Source of the DNA: an uncultured candidate division Zixibacteria bacterium
GTDB taxonomy: Bacteria; Zixibacteria; MSB-5A5; UBA10806
Length of the DNA stretch: 64,000 nucleotides
Direction of reading: 5' to 3'
NCBI GenBank assembly: GCA_963817915.1
Contig: CAWFQL010000012.1
Coordinates: forward strand, 639,877-703,876
Part shown: positions 31,253 through 40,071 of the stretch, piece after piece
How positions within the stretch are numbered: position 1 is the stretch's first letter
How the letters are laid out: every line of letters starts with the position of its first letter
Translations under genes and position numbers: made by a program
Notes under the pieces: model-generated
What the model was told of the DNA's origin: nothing
Databases searched by the model: none
The model's input: the letters and a program-made list of their open reading frames with translations, nothing else

Positions 31253-32359
31253 ATGTCCGAAAAGATGAGGGCAGTAGTAAAAACAAAACCGGAATTGGGA
31301 GCTGAATTAAGAGAAGTCCCGATTCCCAAAATCGCCGATGACGAAGTACTTGTCAAGGTAAGCGCTACTTCTGTCTGCGGTACAGATGTTCATATTTATA
31401 AATGGGATAATTGGTCTCAAAATAGAATCGGAGCCAAAGCTCTGCCGCAGATTCTTGGCCATGAAGTAGCTGGCGAAGTCGTGGAAAAAGGCAAGTTCGT
31501 AAAGAAAATCTCGATAGGCGATTATATCTCTGCCGAAACCCATATACCGTTTACCGGCGATCTTCAATATTTGCTGGGTCAGGCCAATATTGGAGAGAGG
31601 ATGAAGATTCTCGGAGTCGATCGCGACGGAGTATTCGCCGAATATGTCGCGGTGCCTGAAATCGTATGCTGGGTCAATGATAAATCAATTCCGCCGGAAT
31701 TCGCTACAATTCAGGAGCCATTGGGCAACGCTACCTACTCGGTTCTCGGAGAAGACAATGATGTCGCCGGCAAATCGATGGTTATTATAGGCGACGGGCC
31801 GGTAGGGCTTTTCGCGACAGGAGTCGCCCGCGCGGTCGGAGTGACCAATATATTTCTTGTAGGAATCAGCAGATTCGCGCTTGAAATTGGCAAGAAAATG
31901 GGCGCCGATCATATCCTGTATGCCGATGATAATTCAGTCGATCGAGTTGCCTATGTTAAGGATCATACCGGAGGATATGGCGCCGATATCGTTCTCGAAT
32001 TAGTTGGAGCACAACAGGCCATAAATGAGGGATTTCAGATGATTCGCAAGGGTGGCCGATTCACCGCCTTCGGCGTGGTTTCCAGCCCGACAGTTACTAT
32101 TGATTACAATGACGGCATAGTATTCAAGGGATGCCAGATCCATGGTATCAATGGCCGCAAAATGTTCGATACCTGGTATCGAGTTCGAAATCTCCTTTCG
32201 TCAGGAAGACTCGATATTTCGCCGATAGTCACTCATAAAATGAAGCTTGAAGATTTTCCAAAGGCATTCGAAAATATGATGGCAATGCCCCGCAAAACCG
32301 GGAAGATTGTTCTTTTTCCCGATAGCAAAGAATTGGAGATGGCGCAAAAGAGAAATTAG
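31253..32359 (+). CDS. tdh: L-threonine 3-dehydrogenase-like MDR enzyme, atypical (no structural-Zn Cys)
   Basis: CGTDVHIYKWD.WS, GHE, SAETHI, EPLGNA, GINGRKMFDTWY. Confidence 0.85.
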   Translation: MSEKMRAVVKTKPELGAELREVPIPKIADDEVLVKVSATSVCGTDVHIYKWDNWSQNRIGAKALPQILGHEVAGEVVEKGKFVKKISIGDYISAETHIPFTGDLQYLLGQANIGERMKILGVDRDGVFAEYVAVPEIVCWVNDKSIPPEFATIQEPLGNATYSVLGEDNDVAGKSMVIIGDGPVGLFATGVARAVGVTNIFLVGISRFALEIGKKMGADHILYADDNSVDRVAYVKDHTGGYGADIVLELVGAQQAINEGFQMIRKGGRFTAFGVVSSPTVTIDYNDGIVFKGCQIHGINGRKMFDTWYRVRNLLSSGRLDISPIVTHKMKLEDFPKAFENMMAMPRKTGKIVLFPDSKELEMAQKRN

Positions 32360-32438
32360 ATTTTTCCGTGATATTGCTTCAATCGTGAATTGAAGTATAT
32401 TAGTAGTAGTATGGTGTGCGTGTCTGGGTGGTGAGTGA

Positions 32439-32816
32439 ATGATTTTTGGTGTTGGAAATGATATTCTCGAAGTAGCGCGGCTCAAGCGCGAAATTGATGG
32501 CGACGGCGTTTCTTTTTTAAATTCAATTTTTACATCCAAAGAAATAGAATATTGCCAGTCCAAGCGGTATCCTGAACGGCATTTTGCCGCTCGCTTTGCC
32601 GCCAAGGAAGCTGTCATTAAGGCATTTGCTGTAGGAAAGCCGCATGACTTGAGCTGGAATGATATCGAAATCCTCAATTACGAGGACGGTCGGCCATTCA
32701 TTCAATTGTATTCGAGGGCGGAGGATTTGGCACTTGCGCTGAAAATAACCGGCATTCATTTATCGCTTTCGCATACAAGCGAATACGCATTGGCAAACGT
32801 GATTCTGGAGACATAG
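32439..32816 (+). CDS. acpS: Holo-[acyl-carrier-protein] synthase (4'-phosphopantetheinyl transferase)
   Basis: GVGNDILEV.R, FAARFAAKEA..KA, G.P, LSLSH. Confidence 0.95.
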   Translation: MIFGVGNDILEVARLKREIDGDGVSFLNSIFTSKEIEYCQSKRYPERHFAARFAAKEAVIKAFAVGKPHDLSWNDIEILNYEDGRPFIQLYSRAEDLALALKITGIHLSLSHTSEYALANVILET

Positions 32817-32846
32817 ATAGTGTAATTGTGGAAGAAGGGATGTGGA

Positions 32847-34547
32847 ATGAGCAACATTGGTTCGTACGACAAAAGACTTAAGGATTTCGATTGGTCATTA
32901 AGTGAAAAAGAACTCGGCTATAAGAGCGGAGACAATATCAATATCGGGTGGTATTGCAGCGATCGTATCTGCGAGATTGGCCAGGCATCGAAGAAAGCCT
33001 TGATATGGGAAGACCACAAAGGGGCCAGCGAGACATTTACATTCGATGATCTCCGGGTGTTATCCAATACATTCGCGAAATATCTTGTCGATCTGAAAAT
33101 CAAACCGGGCGAGCGAGTTTGTATTTTCATGGATAAGGTTCCGGAATTATATCTGTCATTTTTAGGAATTTTGAAAATGGGGGGAGTCTGCCAGCCGCTA
33201 TATTCAGCTTTTGGCGACGAGTCATTATTCACAAGGCTCGATAACGCCAAAACATCGGCGATTATCACTCAGAAGAAGCACCTGCCAAAAATCCGCAAAA
33301 TTCGCGAGCAGTTGCCATCGTTGAAGCATATTATCATTGTCGATGCCGCCAATTCCCAGCTTGGCGATCGAGAATTGGTGTTCGATATGGAATCTATGCC
33401 GCGTGTCGAATCATTCGAATGTTATCCATCGAAGGCCGATACGCCGTCGGTCCTGCATTATACATCAGGGACAACAGGACAGCCCAAGGGTGCACAGCAT
33501 GTGCATTACTCGCTGATTTCACAATATATCACTGCCAAATGGGTTCTCGATCTCAAGCCTGATGATATCTACTGGTGCACCGCCGATCCTGGATGGGTTA
33601 CAGGTATTTCCTATGGCGTAATCGGCCCCTGGGCCAATGGCATAACCCAGGTAGTATTGGATTCGGGATTCAGCGCCGATAACTGGTATGCCTTTATACA
33701 AAAACACAAGGTTACTGTCTGGTATTCCGCCCCGACAGCGATAAGACTCTTGATGCGCGAGGGCACTGTCACCGTAAAAAAATATAACATGAAATCGCTA
33801 CGCCATCTTTGTTCGGTCGGTGAGCCGCTCAATGCCGAAGCTGTCATCTGGTCGAAAGAGGCATTTGGGATGCCATTCCACGATACATTCTGGCAGACTG
33901 AAACAGGCTCCATCGTTATCACTAATTATCCCGGTATGAAAATCAAACCCGGCTCAATGGGAAAACCGTTTCCGGGGATTAAGGCTACTGTGGTTGACCC
34001 CAAGACTTTCGAGCCGATCTCGAAACCTGGCGTAGTCGGCCTAATAGCTCTCAAGCCGGGCTGGCCTTCGATGTTTCGCACCTATTGGGAAAATCAGGAG
34101 AAGTACGACAGCAAATTCAAGAATGGCTGGTATCTCTGCGGCGATAGAGCCAGTATCGATGAGGAAGGCTACTTCTGGTTTGTCGGGCGCGATGATGATG
34201 TCATAAATACCGGCGGCCATCTTGTTGGGCCATTCGAGATAGAATCAGCATTGTTGGAACATCCCGCAGTCGCGGAATCAGCCGCTATCGGCAAGCCCGA
34301 CGCTGTCAATATGGAAGTAGTCAAGGCGTTCGTGGCGTTGAAGCCGCTCTTTCAGCCATCCGACGATCTCGATCTGGAAATCATGAATTTTATCCGCAAG
34401 AAGCTTTCACCTCTGGCCATGCCGCAGGAAATTGAATTCGTAACTTCGCTTCCCAAGACCCGAAGCGGCAAAATCATGCGCCGCCTGCTTAGGGCCCGTG
34501 AATGGGGCGAGCCGATAGGGGATATCTCTACTCTGGATAATGATTAA
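32847..34547 (+). CDS. Acetate--CoA ligase-like adenylation enzyme (short, AcsA-like); possibly acyl-ACP ligase
   Basis: YTSGTTGQPKG, CTADPGWVTG, SVGEPLN, DTFWQTETG, GR.DD, LPKTRSGKIMRR. Confidence 0.9.
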   Translation: MSNIGSYDKRLKDFDWSLSEKELGYKSGDNINIGWYCSDRICEIGQASKKALIWEDHKGASETFTFDDLRVLSNTFAKYLVDLKIKPGERVCIFMDKVPELYLSFLGILKMGGVCQPLYSAFGDESLFTRLDNAKTSAIITQKKHLPKIRKIREQLPSLKHIIIVDAANSQLGDRELVFDMESMPRVESFECYPSKADTPSVLHYTSGTTGQPKGAQHVHYSLISQYITAKWVLDLKPDDIYWCTADPGWVTGISYGVIGPWANGITQVVLDSGFSADNWYAFIQKHKVTVWYSAPTAIRLLMREGTVTVKKYNMKSLRHLCSVGEPLNAEAVIWSKEAFGMPFHDTFWQTETGSIVITNYPGMKIKPGSMGKPFPGIKATVVDPKTFEPISKPGVVGLIALKPGWPSMFRTYWENQEKYDSKFKNGWYLCGDRASIDEEGYFWFVGRDDDVINTGGHLVGPFEIESALLEHPAVAESAAIGKPDAVNMEVVKAFVALKPLFQPSDDLDLEIMNFIRKKLSPLAMPQEIEFVTSLPKTRSGKIMRRLLRAREWGEPIGDISTLDND

Positions 34548-34578
34548 TCTGAAATTATAGATGATAAAGGAGAAGTGT

Positions 34579-34827
34579 ATGGATGATATGAAAAAAATGA
34601 TCCTCGATTACGTCAAGAAGGAGTATCTGGAAGCTGATGATGACAGAGAGATAGATGAGAATACGCCGCTTATTTCGGGCGGCATCGTCGATTCATTCTC
34701 GATGGTTTCGCTGAAACGATTTCTCGAAAAGAAATATGTTATTCAGATTCCGGACGTGGATGCTTCACCCGAGGCGTTCGATTCAGTAAATAAGATTATC
34801 GTATTGGTGAATAGATTCAAGAAGTGA
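34579..34827 (+). CDS. Free-standing acyl/aminoacyl carrier protein
   Basis: Acidic 82-aa protein; LISGGIVDSFSMV phosphopantetheine motif (Ser codon 34693-34695); AAGGAG RBS. Confidence 0.9.
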   Translation: MDDMKKMILDYVKKEYLEADDDREIDENTPLISGGIVDSFSMVSLKRFLEKKYVIQIPDVDASPEAFDSVNKIIVLVNRFKK

Positions 34828-34877
34828 TAGGATTTTAATAAATTGTTGAATGGTGGATTTTTGGGTTAGGAGGAGTT

Positions 34878-36125
34878 GTGGCATACAGCAATAAATCTCG
34901 TGAAATGTATCTACAGGATATTCAAAATATCCGTGATGCGGGAATCTTCAAAGAAGAACGATATATACATGCCCCGCAGGGCGCGGAGATCGAAGTCGAA
35001 TTTCCCGCAGGGGCATCGACCAAAAAAGTAATCAATATGTGCGCCAATAATTATCTCGGCTTGTCGAGCCATCCTGATGTAATAAAGGCGGCGCACGAGG
35101 GCCTCGACTATCGCGGCTACGGAATGTCATCGGTTCGTTTTATCTGCGGCACTCAGGATATTCATCGCGAACTTGAAAAGAAACTCACTGAATTTCTTGG
35201 CACCGAGGATACTCTGCTGTTTCCATCCTGCATGGATGCCAACGCCGGTGTCTTCGAGGCCATACTGACCGATCAGGATGTCATGATCGCCGATCGCCTC
35301 GTTCATGCGTCCATAGTCGATGGTATGAGGCTTTGCAAGGCGATGCAGGATACATACAAGCATTCTGATATGGAGCATCTCGAATCCAAATTGCAGGAGC
35401 ATCAGGATAAACGGTATCGTTTGATTATCACCGATGGTGTTTTCTCCATGGATGGCGACTTGGCGAAATTAGATCAGATAGTCGCATTGGCCGAAAAATA
35501 TGACGCTATGGTGTTTGTAGATGAATCGCATGCATCCGGATTTATCGGCAAGACCGGACGAGGCACCCATGAGCACTGCGGCGTGTTCGGCAAGATTGAT
35601 ATTATCACGACTACATTGGGCAAGGCACTTGGCGGCGCTTCAGGAGGCTGTGTTAGCGGCAGGAGAGAGATAGTCGAATTATGCCGTCAAAAGGCGAGAC
35701 CGTATCTCTTTTCCAATACAGTCGCGCCGGTAATTGTCTCTGGAGCATTGAAGGTAATGGATCTTATTTCTAAGAATACATCCAGCCGCGATAAGCTCGA
35801 ACAAAACACGATTTACTGGCGCAGGCTTCTCAAGGACGCCGGCTTCGATATAAAGGAAGGCGAGAGCCCGATAGTACCGGTCATGCTTTACAACGCTAAA
35901 TTAGCGCAGAATATGGCCCGCGATCTTTATGCCGAAGGTATTTACGCCATCGGATTTTTCTTCCCGGTTGTCCCCAAAGGCCAGGCGCGTATCCGCACCC
36001 AGCTTTCGGCGGCTCATGAAAGACATCATCTCGATAAAGCCATCGCCGCCTTTATCAAGGTCGGCCAGAAGCATGGCATAATCGGCAAAGGCAAAAAGGA
36101 AATCATCGAAAGCTACGGGATGTAA
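34878..36125 (+). CDS. kbl: Glycine C-acetyltransferase (Kbl)-like alpha-oxoamine synthase, divergent copy
   Basis: CANNYLGL, SVRFICGTQ, TDGVFSMDG, TLGKALGGASGG, RPYLFSN, ARIRTQ; GTG start with AGGAG. Confidence 0.88.
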   Translation: MAYSNKSREMYLQDIQNIRDAGIFKEERYIHAPQGAEIEVEFPAGASTKKVINMCANNYLGLSSHPDVIKAAHEGLDYRGYGMSSVRFICGTQDIHRELEKKLTEFLGTEDTLLFPSCMDANAGVFEAILTDQDVMIADRLVHASIVDGMRLCKAMQDTYKHSDMEHLESKLQEHQDKRYRLIITDGVFSMDGDLAKLDQIVALAEKYDAMVFVDESHASGFIGKTGRGTHEHCGVFGKIDIITTTLGKALGGASGGCVSGRREIVELCRQKARPYLFSNTVAPVIVSGALKVMDLISKNTSSRDKLEQNTIYWRRLLKDAGFDIKEGESPIVPVMLYNAKLAQNMARDLYAEGIYAIGFFFPVVPKGQARIRTQLSAAHERHHLDKAIAAFIKVGQKHGIIGKGKKEIIESYGM

Positions 36126-36138
36126 ATAAATAATTGTC

Positions 36139-36290
36139 GTGTCGGGTCGCCTGATCCGACACCGGCTTATCCGGGTGGCAGTCGTCATCGACTGCCCCAA
36201 AAGAATCCGGATTGAAGGGGCAGCTGTGGACAGCTGCCGCCCAATCGAATTCCTTTTTTTCTGTAGAGACGCAAGATATTGCGTCTCTAC
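36139..36290. repeat. Cluster of four REP-like palindromes
   Basis: Hairpins at 36139-36162, 36177-36196, 36219-36238 and GTAGAGACGCAA-gata-TTGCGTCTCTAC at 36263-36290. Confidence 0.75.
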
Positions 36291-36403
36291 TTTGCCCCTT
36301 GACGATAATAATTGCAATTGCTATAATGCGTCGCCGGAACTCCCTATGAAATGAGGGAGTTATGCTTTGAAAATAATCCTTATCAGGAGGTATCGGATAC
36401 GCC

Positions 36404-37612
36404 ATGTATGGAGAGTACAAACAATTCCTTTCAATCATGCTCGATGATCTGAAAAAACAGGGTCTCTACAAAGAAGAGCGGATAATCATCACCCCTCAAT
36501 CGGCCGATATCAAGGTCGCACCCGGCAAAGATGTCATCAACATGTGCGCCAATAATTATCTTGGCTTGAGCAATCATCCTCGTTTAATAGCCGCCGCCAA
36601 GAAGGCATTGGATGAGTACGGTTTTGGGATGTCATCGGTGCGATTTATTTGCGGCACTCAGGATCAGCATAAAAAGCTTGAAGCCACTGTCAGCCATTTT
36701 CTGGGCACCGAGGATACGATTCTATTCTCTTCATGCTTCGATGCCAATGGCGGCGTTTTCGAGGCTCTGCTTGGCGGTCAGGATGCGATAATTTCCGATA
36801 TCCTTAATCATGCCTCAATAATCGATGGCACGCGTCTATGCAAGGCGACTCGCTATCGCTATGTCCATGCTGATATGGCCGATCTCGATGCCCGTTTGGT
36901 AGACGCCGAACTCAATGGCGCCAAAATAAAATTGATTGTTACTGATGGTGTCTTCTCTATGGATGGCGATATTGCCAAGCTCGACGAAATTGTCAAGGTT
37001 GCCGAAAAGCATAACGCATTAGTCATGGTTGATGATTCCCATGCCACCGGCTTTCTCGGCAAAACCGGACGAGGCAGTATCGAGCATTGCGGAGTGATGG
37101 GGAAGATAGATATAATTACTACCACATTCGGCAAGGCGCTCGGTGGGGCGTCCGGCGGTTGCGTGTCAGGACATAAAGAAATTATCGAAATGCTTCGTCA
37201 GAAAGCCCGGCCTTATCTATTCTCCAATACCGTTGCTCCGGCCATTGTAGCCGCCGGTATCGAGGCCTTCAACATGCTATCGGAGTCAACAGCCTTGCGC
37301 GACAAGCTTGAACAGAATACAATCTATTTCCGCAAGCAGATGACCGATGCCGGATTCGATATAAAGTCCGGTGTCCATCCCATAGTCCCTATATTATTCG
37401 GCAAATTCCCGGATGACGCCCGTCTGGCGCAGGATTTCGCCCGCGATATGCTCGATGAAGGGATATATGTAATCGGATTCTTTTTCCCGGTAGTTCCTAA
37501 GGGTCAATCTCGTATCAGAGTTCAAATTTCCGCCGGGCACGAGCGACATCATCTCGATAAGGCTATTGCGGCGTTTATAAAAATTGGCAAAAAATATAAA
37601 GTGATTTCGTAA
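36404..37612 (+). CDS. kbl: Glycine C-acetyltransferase (2-amino-3-ketobutyrate CoA ligase), canonical copy
   Basis: GLYKEERII, CANNYLGLS, SVRFICGTQ, SSCFDANGG, D.LNHASIIDG, DDSHA, GKALGGASGG. Confidence 0.93.
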   Translation: MYGEYKQFLSIMLDDLKKQGLYKEERIIITPQSADIKVAPGKDVINMCANNYLGLSNHPRLIAAAKKALDEYGFGMSSVRFICGTQDQHKKLEATVSHFLGTEDTILFSSCFDANGGVFEALLGGQDAIISDILNHASIIDGTRLCKATRYRYVHADMADLDARLVDAELNGAKIKLIVTDGVFSMDGDIAKLDEIVKVAEKHNALVMVDDSHATGFLGKTGRGSIEHCGVMGKIDIITTTFGKALGGASGGCVSGHKEIIEMLRQKARPYLFSNTVAPAIVAAGIEAFNMLSESTALRDKLEQNTIYFRKQMTDAGFDIKSGVHPIVPILFGKFPDDARLAQDFARDMLDEGIYVIGFFFPVVPKGQSRIRVQISAGHERHHLDKAIAAFIKIGKKYKVIS

Positions 37613-37621
37613 ATTTATATT

Positions 37622-37653
37622 TTGTAGAGCCATGCTAAAGCATGACTCTACAA
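37622..37653. repeat. GTAG-type REP-like palindrome / bidirectional terminator between convergent genes
   Basis: TTGTAGAGCCATGCT-aa-AGCATGACTCTACAA. Confidence 0.65.
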
Positions 37654-37665
37654 GTTAATTAAGCG

Positions 37666-39969
37666 TTAAAATTCGTATTCAAATCCAAGCACTGGCAGAA
37701 AGCTCCATTGGAGCATTTCTCTTTCCTTATTTTCTTTCTTGCTCCAATAGTTGATAGCTATATTCCTGTGGTTATAGGCATTAAGGACTGAAAGGTAGGC
37801 TACGATATTGGATTTGCGGAATAGAAACCGACGGTCTATCTGTAAATTGAGAGAATGGTAGTCTTCGAACCGGGCTCCGTTTATCCTCGATTGATCAATT
37901 ACGCCCGAATTAAGCGTACGTGATTGTACCTGGTCGAATGGTGTATAGGGAGCGCCGCCGGCATAATTCCATCGGAAGCTCGCTTCCCATTTTCTATTTG
38001 GTCGGTATCCACCGATAATGCTTACTATATAGCGATTATCAAAAGTCCGCGGACGCCAGACATTGTTCAAATCGCGATATTCGCTTCGAGAAAATGAGAC
38101 ACCAGCCAGGCCATAAAGTTTCTGAGCCAGCTTCTTTTGCAATGTCACTTCGATACCTCGCGACCGAGCCTTGCCATTCGACGTCGCATCCTCGTAACGG
38201 TTGATTCTTGCGAGATCTGCCGCGTCATCCAGAACGAATTTCGTGGGATCATTAGGATCCATCGGGCAGTCGGAGTACTCTTTATCGTACATTTCCAATG
38301 TTAGCTTAGTGTCGTTCGTCAAGAGATAATCAACCCCGAAAAGATAATGAGTTGCACTTATTGAAGGCAAATCACTCAAGACTCTATTCCTGACCATCAG
38401 GTAAAATGGGATTGTTTGATGATAGAGTCCTACTGCAGCTCGAAAATCGAGCTTGTCAGTGACCTTATAGTTTATTGATGAATGCGGAGATAGCGTGAAA
38501 TTATCATTGCCGGAAAAATTGTCGCCTCTGAGCCCAATTGCAAGAGTAATTCTATGGGATGCCTGAAATATCCCATCTACAAATAAGCCGCTTTTCCATG
38601 CGCCGTAATTTTCTGAAATGATTTTTGGCGGCAGATAATTACCAATTCTGTCATAGGTCGGGCCGTAAGTCACTGTAATCTTGTCCTTATCATATTCGGC
38701 CTCACCTCCGAAATCAATTCCGATATTGATATTTGGCTGGTAGTGATTCACATTTCGCAATCGAAAGGCATTTTCCGAGTAATCGTTCGCTTCATAGAGC
38801 GTATCCGTAATGACATCTGTATATGTATAATTACCATTGCTTAATCCATGTGAAATAGAGGTCGTACTGAACCCTTTCTTTCCCCAAAGATATCGCCAGG
38901 AGAGCCCTGCCGTATTCTGGTCTGACGCATAGTCTCCGTAAACAGGCATATCAAACTTGTAGGCGTCTTTTGACCTAATCTTGATGTGGCTTTGCCCGTA
39001 GATATTTAGAAACTCTATGCGATTATGGGGAGATAAATCATAAGTCGCCTTCCCCTGTATATCGCCATAGCGGGGCACCATGCCCGTACCAATAGACCCG
39101 GAAATTAGATCCAGATATGATTTTCTGGCCGAGGCAAGGAATGTCCCCTTTTTACCAATAGGACCTTCTACGACCCCTCCAAATCCAGCCATATTAAGGT
39201 CGATCTGAGATTCAACTTTTTCGGTATTGCCCTGCCTGTATGAAATGTCCGTTACGGATGAGAGACGATCGCCGTATTTTGATGAAAATCCTCCTGCTGA
39301 GAAACTTACATTATCTATAAAATCAATATTCAACATTCCAATCGGCCCGCCGCTCGACCCCGGAACGGGAAAATGATTTATATTCGGCACCTGAATTCCG
39401 TCAATATAAAAGCCGTTTTCCGATGGACTACCGCCTCTTACCATGAGATCATTGGAATTATCCGCAACTTGTGATTGACTTGGAAGCGCCTTGAGCATCC
39501 TGCTGATATCACCGGCGGATCCTGGCGAACGGCGAATTTCTTCGGAATTAAACTCCTGACTGCTATTTTCGGCCCGATTGATGGCGTTAAATAGATTCGG
39601 GACAACCTTGATATTGCCGGTTTCTATAGCCGCTTCTTCCAGCAAGACATCAACATAGGTATTCCTGCCGGGCCTGATTATGACATCGGTTTTTGTTGTT
39701 TTTGAAAAGCCTATGCAATCGAAGATAATTGAATATTCTCCAGCCGGAACATTGTCGATCCTGTAATGACCCTGAGTATCGGTCGCGGCGCCAATTTTGC
39801 CCCCAATTATCATGACGCTTGCCCCAATAATGGGCTCATGGTTCGAGGTCTGAATTACTGTTCCATAAAGGCTGCCGACAATGTCATCGGCAGAGGCCTG
39901 ACGAGAAATTCCGATCATTCCTGCCAGCATTATTATAATGCTGCTTGTCGCTGTTAGAACTTTCTTCAC
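37666..39969 (-). CDS. TonB-dependent receptor with N-terminal carboxypeptidase-regulatory-like domain
   Basis: GTG start (VKKVLTA...) with signal peptide; VRGGSPSEN...DG, GGFS.KYGDRLSSV plug motifs; C-terminal GFEYEF. Confidence 0.88.
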   Translation of the reverse strand: MKKVLTATSSIIIMLAGMIGISRQASADDIVGSLYGTVIQTSNHEPIIGASVMIIGGKIGAATDTQGHYRIDNVPAGEYSIIFDCIGFSKTTKTDVIIRPGRNTYVDVLLEEAAIETGNIKVVPNLFNAINRAENSSQEFNSEEIRRSPGSAGDISRMLKALPSQSQVADNSNDLMVRGGSPSENGFYIDGIQVPNINHFPVPGSSGGPIGMLNIDFIDNVSFSAGGFSSKYGDRLSSVTDISYRQGNTEKVESQIDLNMAGFGGVVEGPIGKKGTFLASARKSYLDLISGSIGTGMVPRYGDIQGKATYDLSPHNRIEFLNIYGQSHIKIRSKDAYKFDMPVYGDYASDQNTAGLSWRYLWGKKGFSTTSISHGLSNGNYTYTDVITDTLYEANDYSENAFRLRNVNHYQPNINIGIDFGGEAEYDKDKITVTYGPTYDRIGNYLPPKIISENYGAWKSGLFVDGIFQASHRITLAIGLRGDNFSGNDNFTLSPHSSINYKVTDKLDFRAAVGLYHQTIPFYLMVRNRVLSDLPSISATHYLFGVDYLLTNDTKLTLEMYDKEYSDCPMDPNDPTKFVLDDAADLARINRYEDATSNGKARSRGIEVTLQKKLAQKLYGLAGVSFSRSEYRDLNNVWRPRTFDNRYIVSIIGGYRPNRKWEASFRWNYAGGAPYTPFDQVQSRTLNSGVIDQSRINGARFEDYHSLNLQIDRRFLFRKSNIVAYLSVLNAYNHRNIAINYWSKKENKEREMLQWSFLPVLGFEYEF

Positions 39970-40011
39970 ATTTTTTCCTTTTCTATTGATTTCCAGAACA
40001 CCGTTCACGTT

Positions 40012-40026
40012 ATGACTACCAGTCAT
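40012..40026. promoter_or_regulatory. Putative TetR operator upstream of the TonB receptor
   Basis: Palindrome ATGACT-ACC-AGTCAT (TGAC-N5-GTCA). Confidence 0.6.
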
Positions 40027-40071
40027 GTCCTGGTGAAATACGAGAACAATAAAAAAGGGTTTCAATATTTT

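Noticed and set aside
32439..36125. Bacterial sphingolipid (Spt) or biotin (BioF) cluster
   Set aside because: Both PLP enzymes carry Kbl-specific motifs (SVRFICGTQ, RPYLFSN) and the ligase has short-chain Acs motifs rather than long-chain ones. No bio or ceramide genes are nearby. Disfavoured, not formally excluded.
36139..36354. 71-aa ORF between the kbl genes
   Set aside because: Runs through palindromic repeats with no RBS or protein-like features
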